A stretch of 64,000 bases of DNA, taken from positions 4,049,260 through 4,113,259 of the forward strand of contig CM119267.1 in assembly GCA_051294375.1 (NCBI GenBank), in the 5' to 3' direction. Origin of the DNA: Paraspadella gotoi. Lineage: Eukaryota > Animalia > Chaetognatha. Position numbers and translations under genes: made by a program. The notes beneath the pieces were generated by a model that was not told the origin of the DNA, did not search any database, and saw nothing but the letters and a program-made list of their open reading frames with translations. This document shows positions 1 through 15,300 of this stretch, piece after piece (positions within the stretch are counted from its first letter, which is position 1; every line of letters begins with the position of its first letter).

Positions 1-698
1 TGTTTTTTATGAAAGAAAATAGAAAAGGACAACAATTTTTTATATGTTCTCGAGAATGAAAAGTAAAGCAATTGTAAGAGACAAATGTCGTTACACTTCT
101 TTTACCCCAATTCATTTATGGGCGCTTCAAAGGAGAACGCAACAAAGCTCTCCAGTCTCCAGACCAGTCAACACTCGTCATCCATATCTTTACTAAGGTC
201 AATGTCCAACTACCCGGTACCTTCGTCTAACTATTCTCTTTACTTGGCTGGGAGGCGAAAAGAGGATCTTTGAACTAAGTGGTCGTCGGGAATTTACGAA
301 CGCGAACTTACTGGACAGGCTCACTCCATTGTCTGTCTGTCTCTCTGTCCAAAGGGTGGTGGGGGAAGAACCGGGGAGAGCCCATTATTTAGATCCGTCT
401 CCCATTAGTTGGGAAAAGTTTATCAATTTTATTTGCCCTTATCCAGTTTATTCTAATTTTCACCAATCAATAATCTGGACAAAAGTGATAAAGAACTTTG
501 CTCGCAGTAATTGAGAACACGGAGTGGATGACGGTGGTACGTTTTTATTGAAAATTGATTTATTTTGATAATGATGTTTCTTAACATTTGACCGTTTTGC
601 TTAATTTTGTCATTTTGTCGTTAAATAGCTTTATTTAATGAACTCAAGGACTGTTGTCTTGACTACCATTTGTATTATGGTGAAACTTATTAACCTGA

Positions 699-837
699 TG
701 GTTCTTATCTCAAAGAAAATGTAAGGCCCAATTTGGTAGTCATTGAAGCAGTTTCTTGATGTTCATTATCAATTCTTTATTATGGTTCTGTATTTGGCGT
801 TATATTGGGCCTTACATTTTCTTTGAGATGAGAACCA
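699..837. repeat. 34-bp inverted repeat with 71-nt spacer
   Basis: tggttcttatctcaaagaaaatgtaaggcccaat (699-732) matches the reverse complement of 804-837 with 1 mismatch. Confidence 0.85.
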
Positions 838-1089
838 GTTTTGATCCTTAGCTTCTAATTCTAGATTTTTCTTGGTCATGCAAGACAATCTAATTGGAAG
901 AAATTCAATTCTGCGTTCAAACTTGTACCATATAAACCCATTGATAAACACCATGGTCATTACTCGGCGAGATTGGCTCTCGCTTCATGAAAGAAATGGT
1001 AATTTTAAACATTATTCTTAAATTTAAAATTTAAACGATAATCCCGCCGCATTTTTCTCCTTAGCCCAATTCGGTCGCCTACATCCACC

Positions 1090-3670
<2,581 letters not shown>

Positions 3671-4093
3671 GTGAGGGTCGTGGTTCGAGATTTTAGAATC
3701 CAGAATGTGCGATGAGCGATGATTTTCGACCACAAAAGAGCCGAAAGAGTCTCGGCGATGCTCGTATGCCACAGGACGCGGGCAGCAGGGCGTCAACAGT
3801 TTCACTAGCCCAGAGTCACTACACTGTAATAATATATATCAAGAGAACACAATAGATCAGTAGCCACAGCTTAGTGAGCACAAAGGGGTCACTAAGAAAA
3901 CACGAAGAAGTACCCAACACCTCTGCTATAAAATATTAATCATTAACTCATGATAGCTGAAGGGAGAAAAGAGAAATGAATCAATTAAATAATTATCAAT
4001 GGCGAAAGAATGAATAATCAATGAATCTTTATCTAAGTAAGACAATCAATGAATAAATTAAATCTACAAATATTTATACGGATTTCCACAAAG

Positions 4094-7000
4094 ATCCAAT
4101 CGAGATTCCACATGACAACAGGTTCAACCAAATGGCTGGATCAGATGATAGGAGCGTTAAAGGTAAGGAAATTGCGCGCGGCGGAAAACGAACAATTTTA
4201 TAAGGTTTTTTTCATACAGAAATTTTCAAGGAGTCAAAAGAAAATAATTAAATGTTTCTCGTTTCATCGTGGTCAGGTATTGATGGTCGCCGAAAAACCT
4301 TCGGTAGCCAAGATGATCGCCGAGCATCTTTCAGGAGGAAGGCTGCGTACTAGGAAAGGACAAAGTCGAGCGTTACAGGTTTTGACCTGAAAGGCTTATA
4401 TTAACCGAAAACGTGATTTGTTATTGATTAAAATTTACCGGTTTACATTGTATTTATTTTTTTTCTTTTAGATCTTTGAATTCATAAAATATTTTCCCCC
4501 GGCGCAACAAAAATGCAAAATTATGGTAACCTCAGTTGTAGGCCACGTCTACGGGTTGGATTTTGAAAACGGCAGAGTCAGAGACTTGGCTGATCTTTTT
4601 AAAGTAGGTCTATTTTTAAATTATTTCGATAATTTTAAAGCGGTTTTTAGTTAAATTCCGTTTTTTAACCAAAGGCCAAAACTATAAAAACTGTTGAGGA
4701 ATCTACCAAAAAACTTCGCGTGATTGAACACATTCAAGAATTAGCACAGGAATCGGAGTATCTTTGTAAGTCGAGCTTAAATCCCTATTTTATTTTTTAT
4801 TTAAAAGACGTAGTACTATTTGGTTAATTTTCCTCATAGGTCTTTGGCTCGATTGTGATCTCGAGGGAGAAAATATTGGCTTTGAGGTAAAAGACACTTG
4901 AGATTCTATTGCATCCAGTCATTAGCCAAATTTTAACGGATGGACTCGCGCAGGTAATTTCCTTTTGCCAAGAATGGATCAACTTCGACAACGTGTACCG
5001 CGCCAAGTTTTCGGCGTTGACCCGCCAAGAACTCGTCAATGCCTACGAAAATCTGCAACGGCCCGATAAATACCAGGCGCTGTGCGTGGACGCGAGGCAA
5101 GAGCTTGATCTCAAGATAGGGGTAAGCGAGTAAAGATATATATCAAGTATATCTCGTAATGTAACACTTTTTTTTCTTACTCAGGTGGCTTTCACTCGAC
5201 TGATGACAAGAACCTTTTTGGATAAGGCTAAAGAAAAGTTCCGACTCAAGGATCAAAAATGTATTAGCTACGGACCGTGCCAGACACCAACGCTTTATTT
5301 TTGCGTCCAGCGTCACAAAGAAATACAACGGTTTCAAAAGGAACCATTTTACATTCTCTCCCCAAACATTGATGTCGAGGTAAATAAATAAAATTGAAAG
5401 TTTGACTTTGCCAAAGTCTTTCATTCTTGTTATTAGTATTATTATTATGATTAGTATTATTATATTACCTATTAATTTTCAACTTGAAGGGTTACGACGT
5501 GGCCTTTACTTGGGCTGACGGCGACAAATTGAAAGATCGAGAGACCCTACACCGGATGGAGGCGGCTTTGGAGGCCGCGCGATCTGGTGCCGGCGGCGTT
5601 GTTCGTTCCTTCCGAGAGTTTCGTCGAAAAGTCAACCGTCCATTGGGACTTAACACGGTTACGCTCCTCAAAGCTTGCTCCAAGGGCCTGGGAATTTCGC
5701 CCGTTAACGCCATGAAATGCGCCGAAGCCTTGTACACTTCAGGTTAGGCGGTGTTGTGCTAAAAGCTAAAGACTTCTCTTGACTTTTTTTTTCACATTTT
5801 CTTCAGGTTTTATCTCGTATCCTCGAACGGAAACTACGGCATATTCGCCAACGTTTGACCTCATAGCAGCATTACAAGAACAGGCTCACCATCCGAATTG
5901 TAAGGCATCGTCTTTTAGAAAGAAACACTGCTATAAGAATACTCTTTGGCCATTGACTGGTTTTTGTTTGTCCAGGGGGTCGAGTGGTTTCCTATTTATT
6001 AAACAGTGGCCGCGTATCTCATCCGGAAAAGGGACACGATGTAAGCTATAACTTATAATATTATATTCAAAATACATAGTTTTACGTTGATTTTTAAATT
6101 CCTCTGTTGTCCTCCTAGGTTGGAGACCATCCGCCCATCACGCCGATGCGCGCCGCCACTCGTGACGACATCACGAAAAATAACGAGTGGAAAATTTACG
6201 ATTATGTCACCCGCCACTTCATCGCTTCTCTACACGACGACATGGAATACACGGAACGCGAGATCGTGGCTGACATCGGGGGCTTTGCTTTTCGCTTTCG
6301 CTGGCACGAGATCATTGAAAAAGGTCAGTTGAGAATTGATTTTAATTTTCGTGTTGGTTCGTCTCCGTCGCATGAAGGAAATCCCGTTTAGGATTTATGT
6401 TTGCCATGCCCTGGAAGTTGAAAGGTTTGCAACTCAACGAGATAGAATGGCAAATGCCGCAGTGGATGCTGCGAGAAGGAGCCCAGTTGCGGGTTAACGG
6501 ATTCGAGCGATCGACAGAACAAACCAAGCCGCCTGATTATTTGCAGGTAAAGGGTTTTGAGATCGTGATATCAGATTATGGTCACTCGTTGTTAAGTTGC
6601 TTTGTGTAATTTTTTTTAAATTTAGGAGAGCGAGCTCATCGCTTTAATGGACAAGCACGGGATTGGCACTGATGCTTCCATACCACAGCACATTAAGAAT
6701 ATCTGTGATCGGCACTACGTCGATGTCTGCGGCCCGGCCGAAGAGCCCGGGGGAAAAGGTCGTCCCATCCAAGTTGGAAACCCTCATTTTGGCAAGAACA
6801 AGAAAGGAGGCCATCATGGGCCTCCGGGCGAACCCAAACCACAATCAAGACACATGGTGCCTAAACCGTTGGGCCTGGCTTTCTTTTCCTGCTTTGAGGA
6901 GCTTGATAGGTGGGTCGAGCGTGTATCATAGACTAAAGTTATGTCGGGCATAATATATGGTTTTTTTTTAATTAATAACAAAAACGATATTAACACAATT

Positions 7001-7890
7001 GTTAAATAGAAAAACACCAACGGTATCAATAAAAACAATATTTTTAAGGTTATAAACTAATTCATAAGAATCGATAAAAAAATAACGTTCAAGAACTTTC
7101 CAAGGATTTGATAGAAAAACAACAACGGTATCAATAAAAACGTAAAAACGTAAAAAGACTGGAACTGTATCTGTATATATATTTATTATTTAATTATATA
7201 CGTTTGTAATACGTATTCAAACTGTGGACTTTCGAGTAAAGAGTTTTCAAGAAAAAACCAGTAAATCGCTTTAATGGGTTGAAATTTGAATGATTACTTT
7301 GAATAGTGGACAATAAAAGATATTTCGTTTTTGCTCTCAGAGAACTATGTGATCCACCCATCCGCGCTTACATGGAAGTGCAAGTGCGAAAAATCGCCAC
7401 AAGAGAAACGGAAAAAAACCAAGTCGTCGAGGATAATCTGAAGCTTTTTATGGACAAGTTTCTCAACTTTCGTGCGAATCTCGAAAGGGTTGAGCGCTTC
7501 TTTGCGCCCAAAGGCTCCTGGCAGGCAGGAGCCGGGTTTGGGCCCGGGAGAAATGATGGAGCCGGTCAAGGGGGGGATTTCCGCGGTAACAGGGGCGGTG
7601 GGCCGCCCGTTAGAGGAAATTTTCATGGCAGACCCGAAACGGGCTTTCGCGGTGATTTTCGAGGAGGGAGAGGTGCCGCCGCTCGGGGTTCCCGAGGTGG
7701 AAGCGAAGTGGTTCGAGGTGGCGGTTTCGTTCGAGGTTCTCCTGGTGCGAGGGGCGCCTTTAAGAGGTCTACCAACGAAGAATCGTCCGTCGGCTCTTAC
7801 GGAAAAAGAGGTCGTTATGACGACAAACCACAGAATCATAGAGGAAACCGTCGTTTTGATAATGATCGAGGGCCGTTAGTTCCTTATTGA
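4094..7890 (+). CDS. TOP3B: Type IA topoisomerase, III-beta-like, with RGG tail; multi-exon
   Basis: [58 protein letters not shown], catalytic [10 protein letters not shown] (Tyr codon 5818-5820), [20 protein letters not shown]; last exon has RGG/RG repeats and stops at 7890. Confidence 0.9.
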
Positions 7891-8078
7891 AAATGTATTG
7901 TTTAGGGTAGCTTTGGTTATCTTGTAAATTTTTTTTTGTCTATATAATTTCGTTGGATAAAGCAGGGTTGGAATTACTTTTTATTTATTAATGAAAAACC
8001 AAGGAATTTCCTAAATATGAGATAATAGTTACCTATTCATGAAGCTATTTAGCAAATTTATAATGTTTTGTCTTATGT

Positions 8079-11000
8079 TCATGTGAATATCCGAACTACT
8101 TTCGGATTGAGTGTCACAGGACCGAGTTGCTGATATATTCTTTCAACAAAACGAACTTCGTACTTTCTTTTATAATTACATTGCAATTGAAAATAATTTT
8201 TCGCAAAAACATCATATTTGACTGATATTGTAGTTATTAGATAATTCTTTGTAACAGGCGTTTGAAATTGAAATATCACAGGGGAATAACCAACATTTAG
8301 ACAATGAAGGTAGTTTGGATTCTTCCTAGAATGTTTCATGGAGTCTGTCGTTAAAATTCTACTAGATTATTTGTTATTGATTCACTGGGCTTACTTCTGA
8401 AGCAAAACACATCGGCGTATTTAGGTATCCATACGTTCCCAATCGACGACAAACCGGAGATTCATAATCGATCTGTAAGTAAATGAAATTTCGTTGTGAA
8501 CGGCAGGATTGACAGAGCGCGGAACGATTCTGGCGTTGTCTTCGCTTCTCTGCCAAGTTGAAACCATGACAGGTTCGCAAAATAACGATAGCCAGCGCAA
8601 TAAAACTGATTACTGCTGACTATCGCTCCAGATAATCGGGATAATTCGCCCTCACCAATGATGATCCGTAAATATTTTTTATAATTAATACGAAATATGC
8701 TAGTGCGGAGTCCAATAAGTATTCCCCGATCGAATACTTAAGGGAGTTATCTTTTCATACAATTGAAACATTCTTTGAAATATTATACCACTTCATTGAT
8801 ATGGAATCGAGGTACTATGGGAGTGAATAAACGAGACTGTGAGAGAGTCTTGATTGAAAGCTTGCAGGGACCTGCGATGTCATTATCTTGTAAGAGTGAT
8901 GGAGGCCTTAAACCACCAAAGTCTGTCCAAAGTCAGGGGCTATTAGTATTAGCAAAGCAGAGGTTCAACCTCAGATTTTGTATTTTACCGATTAGTTAGT
9001 ACGGGATATCAGCTTACCTTAAAGTTAGTTGAAAAATTCCTTTCTTTAACGAGTTTAATAACTTGCAACTCTCTCTTGTGTTTTTTTATATTTTTATAAT
9101 ACTCCTCGAGCCATTGTTTGTTTTCCAAAACCTTTTTCCAAGCAACGCATTTTTTCCCTTCCCTGATCCGATTGATACAAATTAACTTTATTTTATAGGA
9201 ACGCAAAGTAGTTGGATCAAAAACGTTAAACTCAAATAATGCTCAAGCTATAAAGGCAAGAATGGCATGCATTTAATCTCGTGTGCTTCTGGATATCGAT
9301 GGAATTAGAAAGAGAAAGACCAATACGATATGGCAACGGTGGGATTACCTACGTATAATGCCCGGGCAATCTCACCAAATAGCCTTAGGGTTTCTAACTT
9401 TACGTCTTCGCCTCCTGTCACTGCCACTGGCAAGATTAAACTAGTCACTCTAGAAGGTAAACGTCGTAAACGGGGATCGAACACTAGCTCGCTCTTTAAG
9501 GCGCACTGCCACAAGTCATTTAAATTCTAATTTTTTCAAGAAAAAAAAATTACTTGTCAATTTCTACATATCCTCTGTATTTGCACGGATTTTTGGAGTC
9601 TAATAATCCTGTATCTCCATACCAATAACAGGTACTGTTTTTCTTTATATTCTCTATAGGTTTCTGGCGTAAGTGACCATCTGGCTTTCGAACAAACCTA
9701 TAAAATAGGCTTTTTATTATAATTCGATAAACCTGTAAAAATTAAAATAAGAATTTGATAATAAAATTTACCATGCAACGCCGGTGAGCAGAATAGCCGC
9801 TGCAAGCGCGAATAGAAGCTTGACAATATCAAATACAAGCGTGCCTATCCGCTATTTATTTTACATAAAAATCATGGAAGTAACTTAAGGTAATGGAATA
9901 TAATATTAATAATTAATATACTCTTTACTATATATGGAATCCACGTTCGCTATCTACATATATAATAATTTATGGGGACAAAGTAAATTACGGATAAAAT
10001 AAAAATGTCTAGTTTTAAAGGTAGGGAAAGCTGGAAAGCAAAACATAAAAATTGTAACATTTCAGGATATTTAGAGGTATTCCATTTCCTCTGTTAAACC
10101 TCGGTCTTATTTAGAAAATCTCTATCCGGGTTTTCAAGTAATTTCAATTTAGCCAGTCTATCAATATCACGATCTTCAATAATCAATTACCTTTTTAACT
10201 ACATAATATCTATTATAAAGTATACTCTTTGGTCTTTACAGTTTGTAAAATATGAAAAAACGGAAATGAATCTTTTGAATACAGTAAACTTAATTAATAG
10301 AAATTAAAAATCTATATGTATAATATATGTTATATTATTGAAGATGGCAATTGTTAAGCTGTATAAAAAATACTTGGCTTCATTTTTTTCCTGAGTCGCT
10401 TTCTCTTTTTCTTTATCTTTGACGGGTGTCGTACTTTTATTAATTTTAGTATCCATCGTCGGTTTAGATTTTGGAGGTTGATTAACATTTTTTGACTTGG
10501 TTTTTTCCTTTCTTTGTTGGTTTTTGTTGTGCTGTTTTTTTACATATTTTTTGTATTGGAGCAAGAATTAAAGTAAATACATTTCTTTTTCATTACCATT
10601 TTTATTTGCTTATAAACTTAACTAACTTTAAATATTTTGTTTATTGTATTTTTGTGTGAATTTAATACTTGCTACTGTAATTTGTTTGAATCCTTAAGTT
10701 TTAAAATAGTGAATTTGTATTTCTTTGCTTTTAATTCTCTATGTTAGGTAATATATTAATAAATATTAATATATGCTAGATAAATAGATATTTGCTCATT
10801 GCTCAATTAGTCGACTTCTTTTTCTGACAGTCTTGTTTATTTTTGTTTAATGATTTAGAAAATCAATTTAAGATATCTAGAATCTAGACTAGATAACATC
10901 TAGACTAGATAAGAGTCTAAGACAAGCTTTACAATCGAGACACTATTTACATGCGTTTTAGACTTTGTTTCCTTCGCTTTTACTGGGATTTCAGGAGGTT

Positions 11001-11963
11001 CTGCAGGCCACAGTAAAGGTTCTGAAAAAGGTTATAACAAAGAATAAAATGACTGATTTTTAAATAACTAAGAAATATAATATGAATACATAATTATAAT
11101 ATTTAAATTTCAAGTTAGTTTGACCTGGATCTCGTGGTTTTAGAGCACGATTTCTAAGACCACCAAGAACTTTCTCAACTTCTTTGTTGTATCCAGGGTC
11201 ATAGCGAGATTCGTAAAAAGGACCTTAAAATCCCATATTTTATATGTAGTTTTGTATTGATCATTTTAATTCATAATTTATTTACCTCTTAAAGGTTGTG
11301 GATGGAGTGGTAGTTTTCTTTTTTGCCGCTCTTCTTTGAGTTTAACTTTTCCTGTTTTTTTAACGGAAATTCAGCTGAAAAGAACAAAATATGACAAATT
11401 TAAAAAATTAAAATATAAACTTACCTTTTTTCGTTTTTGACTTTTCATAGGTTTTTCTCATTGACAGCCATGCCAAAAAGCCCTCTGCAAATATTTTTTC
11501 AACCGTTAGTTCAGGCCTAAAATTGAATTTGTATGGTTATTTAGGGGAAGTCAAAAATTATACAAAAATAAAATGCAAATTAATTATATATTTGATGTTT
11601 TAACCTAACAATCGTTGTTGGATCATCAATTTCTATATCATCGCCTGTTTAAAAAAAATATTCAAATTATTAAATCAATGAAGTCCGGCATGAGAAAAGT
11701 GACAATACACAATTTAAATCACTTAACAAATTTAAATATATTTTAATATAAAACAATTTCATCTAAATTGAAGAATGGAAATTTAGTTGTATACCTTCAC
11801 TTGCACTTGAAACTAATGAATCAGCGCTTGGTTGTATTTGAACTTTATTATTATTCTTTGAGCCAGTGTTTGAATTTGTCTGAATATTAATCATTAATCA
11901 TTAAATTGGTTATCAAACGGACCCCTCATCCCTCTTGTTTAAATTTATTACTTTTTTTGTCAT
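8079..11963 (-). CDS. Unidentified multi-exon, AT-rich, Lys-rich protein gene; boundaries approximate
   Basis: Minus-strand GT-AG exons 11879-11795, 11644-11605 and 11516-11425 join in frame (TNSNTG...SASEGDDIEIDDPTTIVRPELTVEKIFAEGFLAW...). Further open exons near 11223-11125, 11020-10950, 10560-10370, 9528-9355 and 9210-9017. One frameshift is needed near 11350. Confidence 0.55.
8697..8940. repeat. ~244-bp dispersed repeat, copy 1
   Basis: Near-identical to 29398-29640 (atgctagtgcggag...ccaaagtcaggggc); similarity ends at the same points in both copies. Confidence 0.9.
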
Positions 11964-12389
11964 CACGAGTTATCGAAAACCAAAATCGTTAAACAATTTT
12001 TTTGGCTTATTTCATTGTAAAATAAGTATTTAGATTAACTAAAGGATACATTTACAATAATATTTAATAAAACCTAATCGCTTCTGCTCTGTTTTGTATA
12101 GGATTGAAAATGCTATTTGTCCGGCGGTGCCGGGGAAGTCGTCCACGTCTTTTGTTTTGGGATGTGGATGCGGAGTGGCCGACTCAAAAACTTCCAATTA
12201 AAACAGGGAGACCGATTCTCTCGTGAGGGAGAACCAAGGACATCCTCGGGGACCTACCCGGTCCTTTCTTCGTCACCAAGGATCAAATACAGTTTTTAAA
12301 CTCTGAAAGTATCGAACTCGTTCAGATCTCCATTTTTATTTTTAGATAATAGAAGCTCGATTCTCATTTTTCGAGAAAAACGAATAATA

Positions 12390-12704
12390 ATGTCAAGCTC
12401 GGCTTCCAACTACGCCGTACGAATGGGACGATTGAGCGCCCGAATCCTCGGTCATCCCGTGCGGCCCGTTCCTAAGGACGCCGTCCGCGTTATCAAACTC
12501 TACGAGCGAAAGCCCCTGGAGAACAATCCGCTGGTGACCAACTACTACCCGCCGCACGAGTATCTATCCCGTCTGACTCTGCAGCTGCGAGAGTACGGAC
12601 TCTTCCGGGACGAACACAAAGACTTTCGCGACGAGAGGGTTAGGAAACTGATACTGAGGGGGAAACCCAAGCCCATGTTTGGATCAAAGGCGAAGAAAGA
12701 TTGA
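12390..12704 (+). CDS. MRPS33: Mitochondrial ribosomal protein S33 (mS33)
   Basis: 104-aa ORF with RMGRLSARILG, YYPPH, LREYGLFRDEH and RGKPKP motifs. Confidence 0.88.
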   Translation: MSSSASNYAVRMGRLSARILGHPVRPVPKDAVRVIKLYERKPLENNPLVTNYYPPHEYLSRLTLQLREYGLFRDEHKDFRDERVRKLILRGKPKPMFGSKAKKD

Positions 12705-12836
12705 GACGAAACTAGTTCTATGACTTTTTCAATTCAACAAACTGCGTTTACTTTATATTGTTTTCGACTTTTTTGTTTATGAAAAGGTTATAAGAATGAG
12801 GTTTATAATGCTCTCGCCCGCTGACGGTCTTTGGTT

Positions 12837-13835
12837 ATGAAACTGCGTTCTGACTTGACCCGGGAGGACGTCGCTCCCTATTTCTCGTCCCGCTTGTGTC
12901 GTCGTCGGCGACTGGCGTCTCTAATCGCCTGGTTAATCTTAGCCTTCGCCGTCGCGGCCGTAGTGACGGCGCTTGAGGTCATGACGCCAACTGCGGTCGA
13001 CGAAAACTCTGTGATTTCTAACCCTTCGACGCGAGTTGAGTCCACCTCCTCCCTCTTGCGTTTCTTCGGTCGGGACGGCTACGACGCCGGCCTCGTTTCC
13101 TGGGCGCACGCCGTCAACTCCCGAGCTGAATTCGACGTCGCCGTCGCCGACGAACTCGATTTTTTCGAGGCCGACGTCTCCATGAGCGCCGAGCGCGGCG
13201 TTCCGGTCATGGCACACCCGCCAGTCACGGAATCCGACCTGACACTGACCGAGTTTTTGCGGCGGTCTTTAGAGCGCGACATCGGCGTCAAGCTAGACTT
13301 CAAGTCACTCGGGGCTCTGCGCGGCGCCGAGTCTACCCTCGCCAGCTTTTCGGCGTCGCTGGAGACGCGCCCCTTTTGGATGAACGCCGATATCGTCGGT
13401 CACGGGACGGTCGTCGACGGGAAAATCGAAGCCGACGATTTTCTGCCTTTTGTGAAGAGAGTGACGCCGCGCGCGACGCTTTCCGTCGGGTGGAACATAG
13501 ACTCGGGAAGTCGGGAATCGAATGATCTCTACGATACAGAGGACGTGACTCGGATGTTGGACGCCTTGTCGAGGAACAACGTCTCCGAATCCGTCACCTT
13601 CGCCGTTTGGTCCAAATTTGTCAAGCGTTCCGTCGACAATCTGGAATGGCTCATCTCCCGATTTCCCGACTCCACGGTGACAATTTGGGGAAGAGGGGAC
13701 GACGCCTCGGCCGCCGACGTGGGCACCATCTACGATGTGCTGGATAAATCCAGGGTCTTTTTGGATTTGCCCGCCCCGTTAAAAACGCAAATTATCTCGC
13801 GGAATAATTCTTCGTTTGTAAATGCTCAGACTTGA
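12837..13835 (+). CDS. FAM151/menorin-family (DUF2181) protein with N-terminal TM helix
   Basis: WAHAVNS, EADV, PVMAHPP, GVKLDFKS, WMNADI and LSVGW motifs; hydrophobic segment near the N-terminus; single exon. Confidence 0.85.
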   Translation: MKLRSDLTREDVAPYFSSRLCRRRRLASLIAWLILAFAVAAVVTALEVMTPTAVDENSVISNPSTRVESTSSLLRFFGRDGYDAGLVSWAHAVNSRAEFDVAVADELDFFEADVSMSAERGVPVMAHPPVTESDLTLTEFLRRSLERDIGVKLDFKSLGALRGAESTLASFSASLETRPFWMNADIVGHGTVVDGKIEADDFLPFVKRVTPRATLSVGWNIDSGSRESNDLYDTEDVTRMLDALSRNNVSESVTFAVWSKFVKRSVDNLEWLISRFPDSTVTIWGRGDDASAADVGTIYDVLDKSRVFLDLPAPLKTQIISRNNSSFVNAQT

Positions 13836-14095
13836 AAACGTGGCATGTTTGACCAACGCGTGCAATCTTTCATTTCATTTGTCTCTCTTCGATAAAAAAT
13901 TTTTACAATGAGTAATTTCGAATTTTTTTGTATATGTATGCAATTGTAAGGGTTATATAATATATACCTTTTTTATATTATATAAAAACCAAATTAGCAG
14001 TTTAACCTGAAGTTTACTATTTGTTAATGTTTATATATTTATTTTTATAATTCTTTTGATTTATAATTTTAGAGATCAAAAAAGAACCGAGCGGA

Positions 14096-14791
<696 letters not shown>

Positions 14792-15300
14792 TTCTCCTCG
14801 CCCCAAGATCGCGATTGGTTTCTTTTGGGGAGGAGAACCCACTCCCTAATACTTTTTTAAAGACAACGAATAAAACCGACATTCCTGGGCTCTTTTTTTT
14901 TTTTTTTTTTTTTTTCTTGCCCCGTCGGCTCATTCCGACGCATGCGTTTTTCCGCTCTCGCCCCCGCCCCCCTTTCCGCTATCAACGCTACAAACGTGTT
15001 GACTGTTTATGTAGTTTTAAAATTGTAAATAATTAATTCGTAGCTCGCGCAGAAAATTGGAAAGAGTTATTCGAACATGAGTTTACGTATTTATTTTATG
15101 CGTCTGGTCATTAGCCGTAAAGATTTTTAAGCTTACTTTTTTCATTTTTAGTAAACATACGCCTTGCGTAATGCCCTGACATTTTGTTGTAATCGTTTCG
15201 TATGCTTCGGGTTAAAAAGGCTTTCCCTGTCAATTACTCTGTCTTCGTTTCAAAGTTTTTTGAAACTCGTGTTGCATTTCCGACTTGCTCCGTGACGACG

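Noticed and set aside
8697-9530. Degraded LINE reverse-transcriptase fragment on the minus strand
   Set aside because: No convincing RT motifs; the open segments fit spliced exons of the antisense gene plus a short repeat.
12117-12290. Hammerhead ribozyme or RNase P/MRP RNA
   Set aside because: CUGANGA/GAAA core and the P4 consensus pair were not found on either strand.
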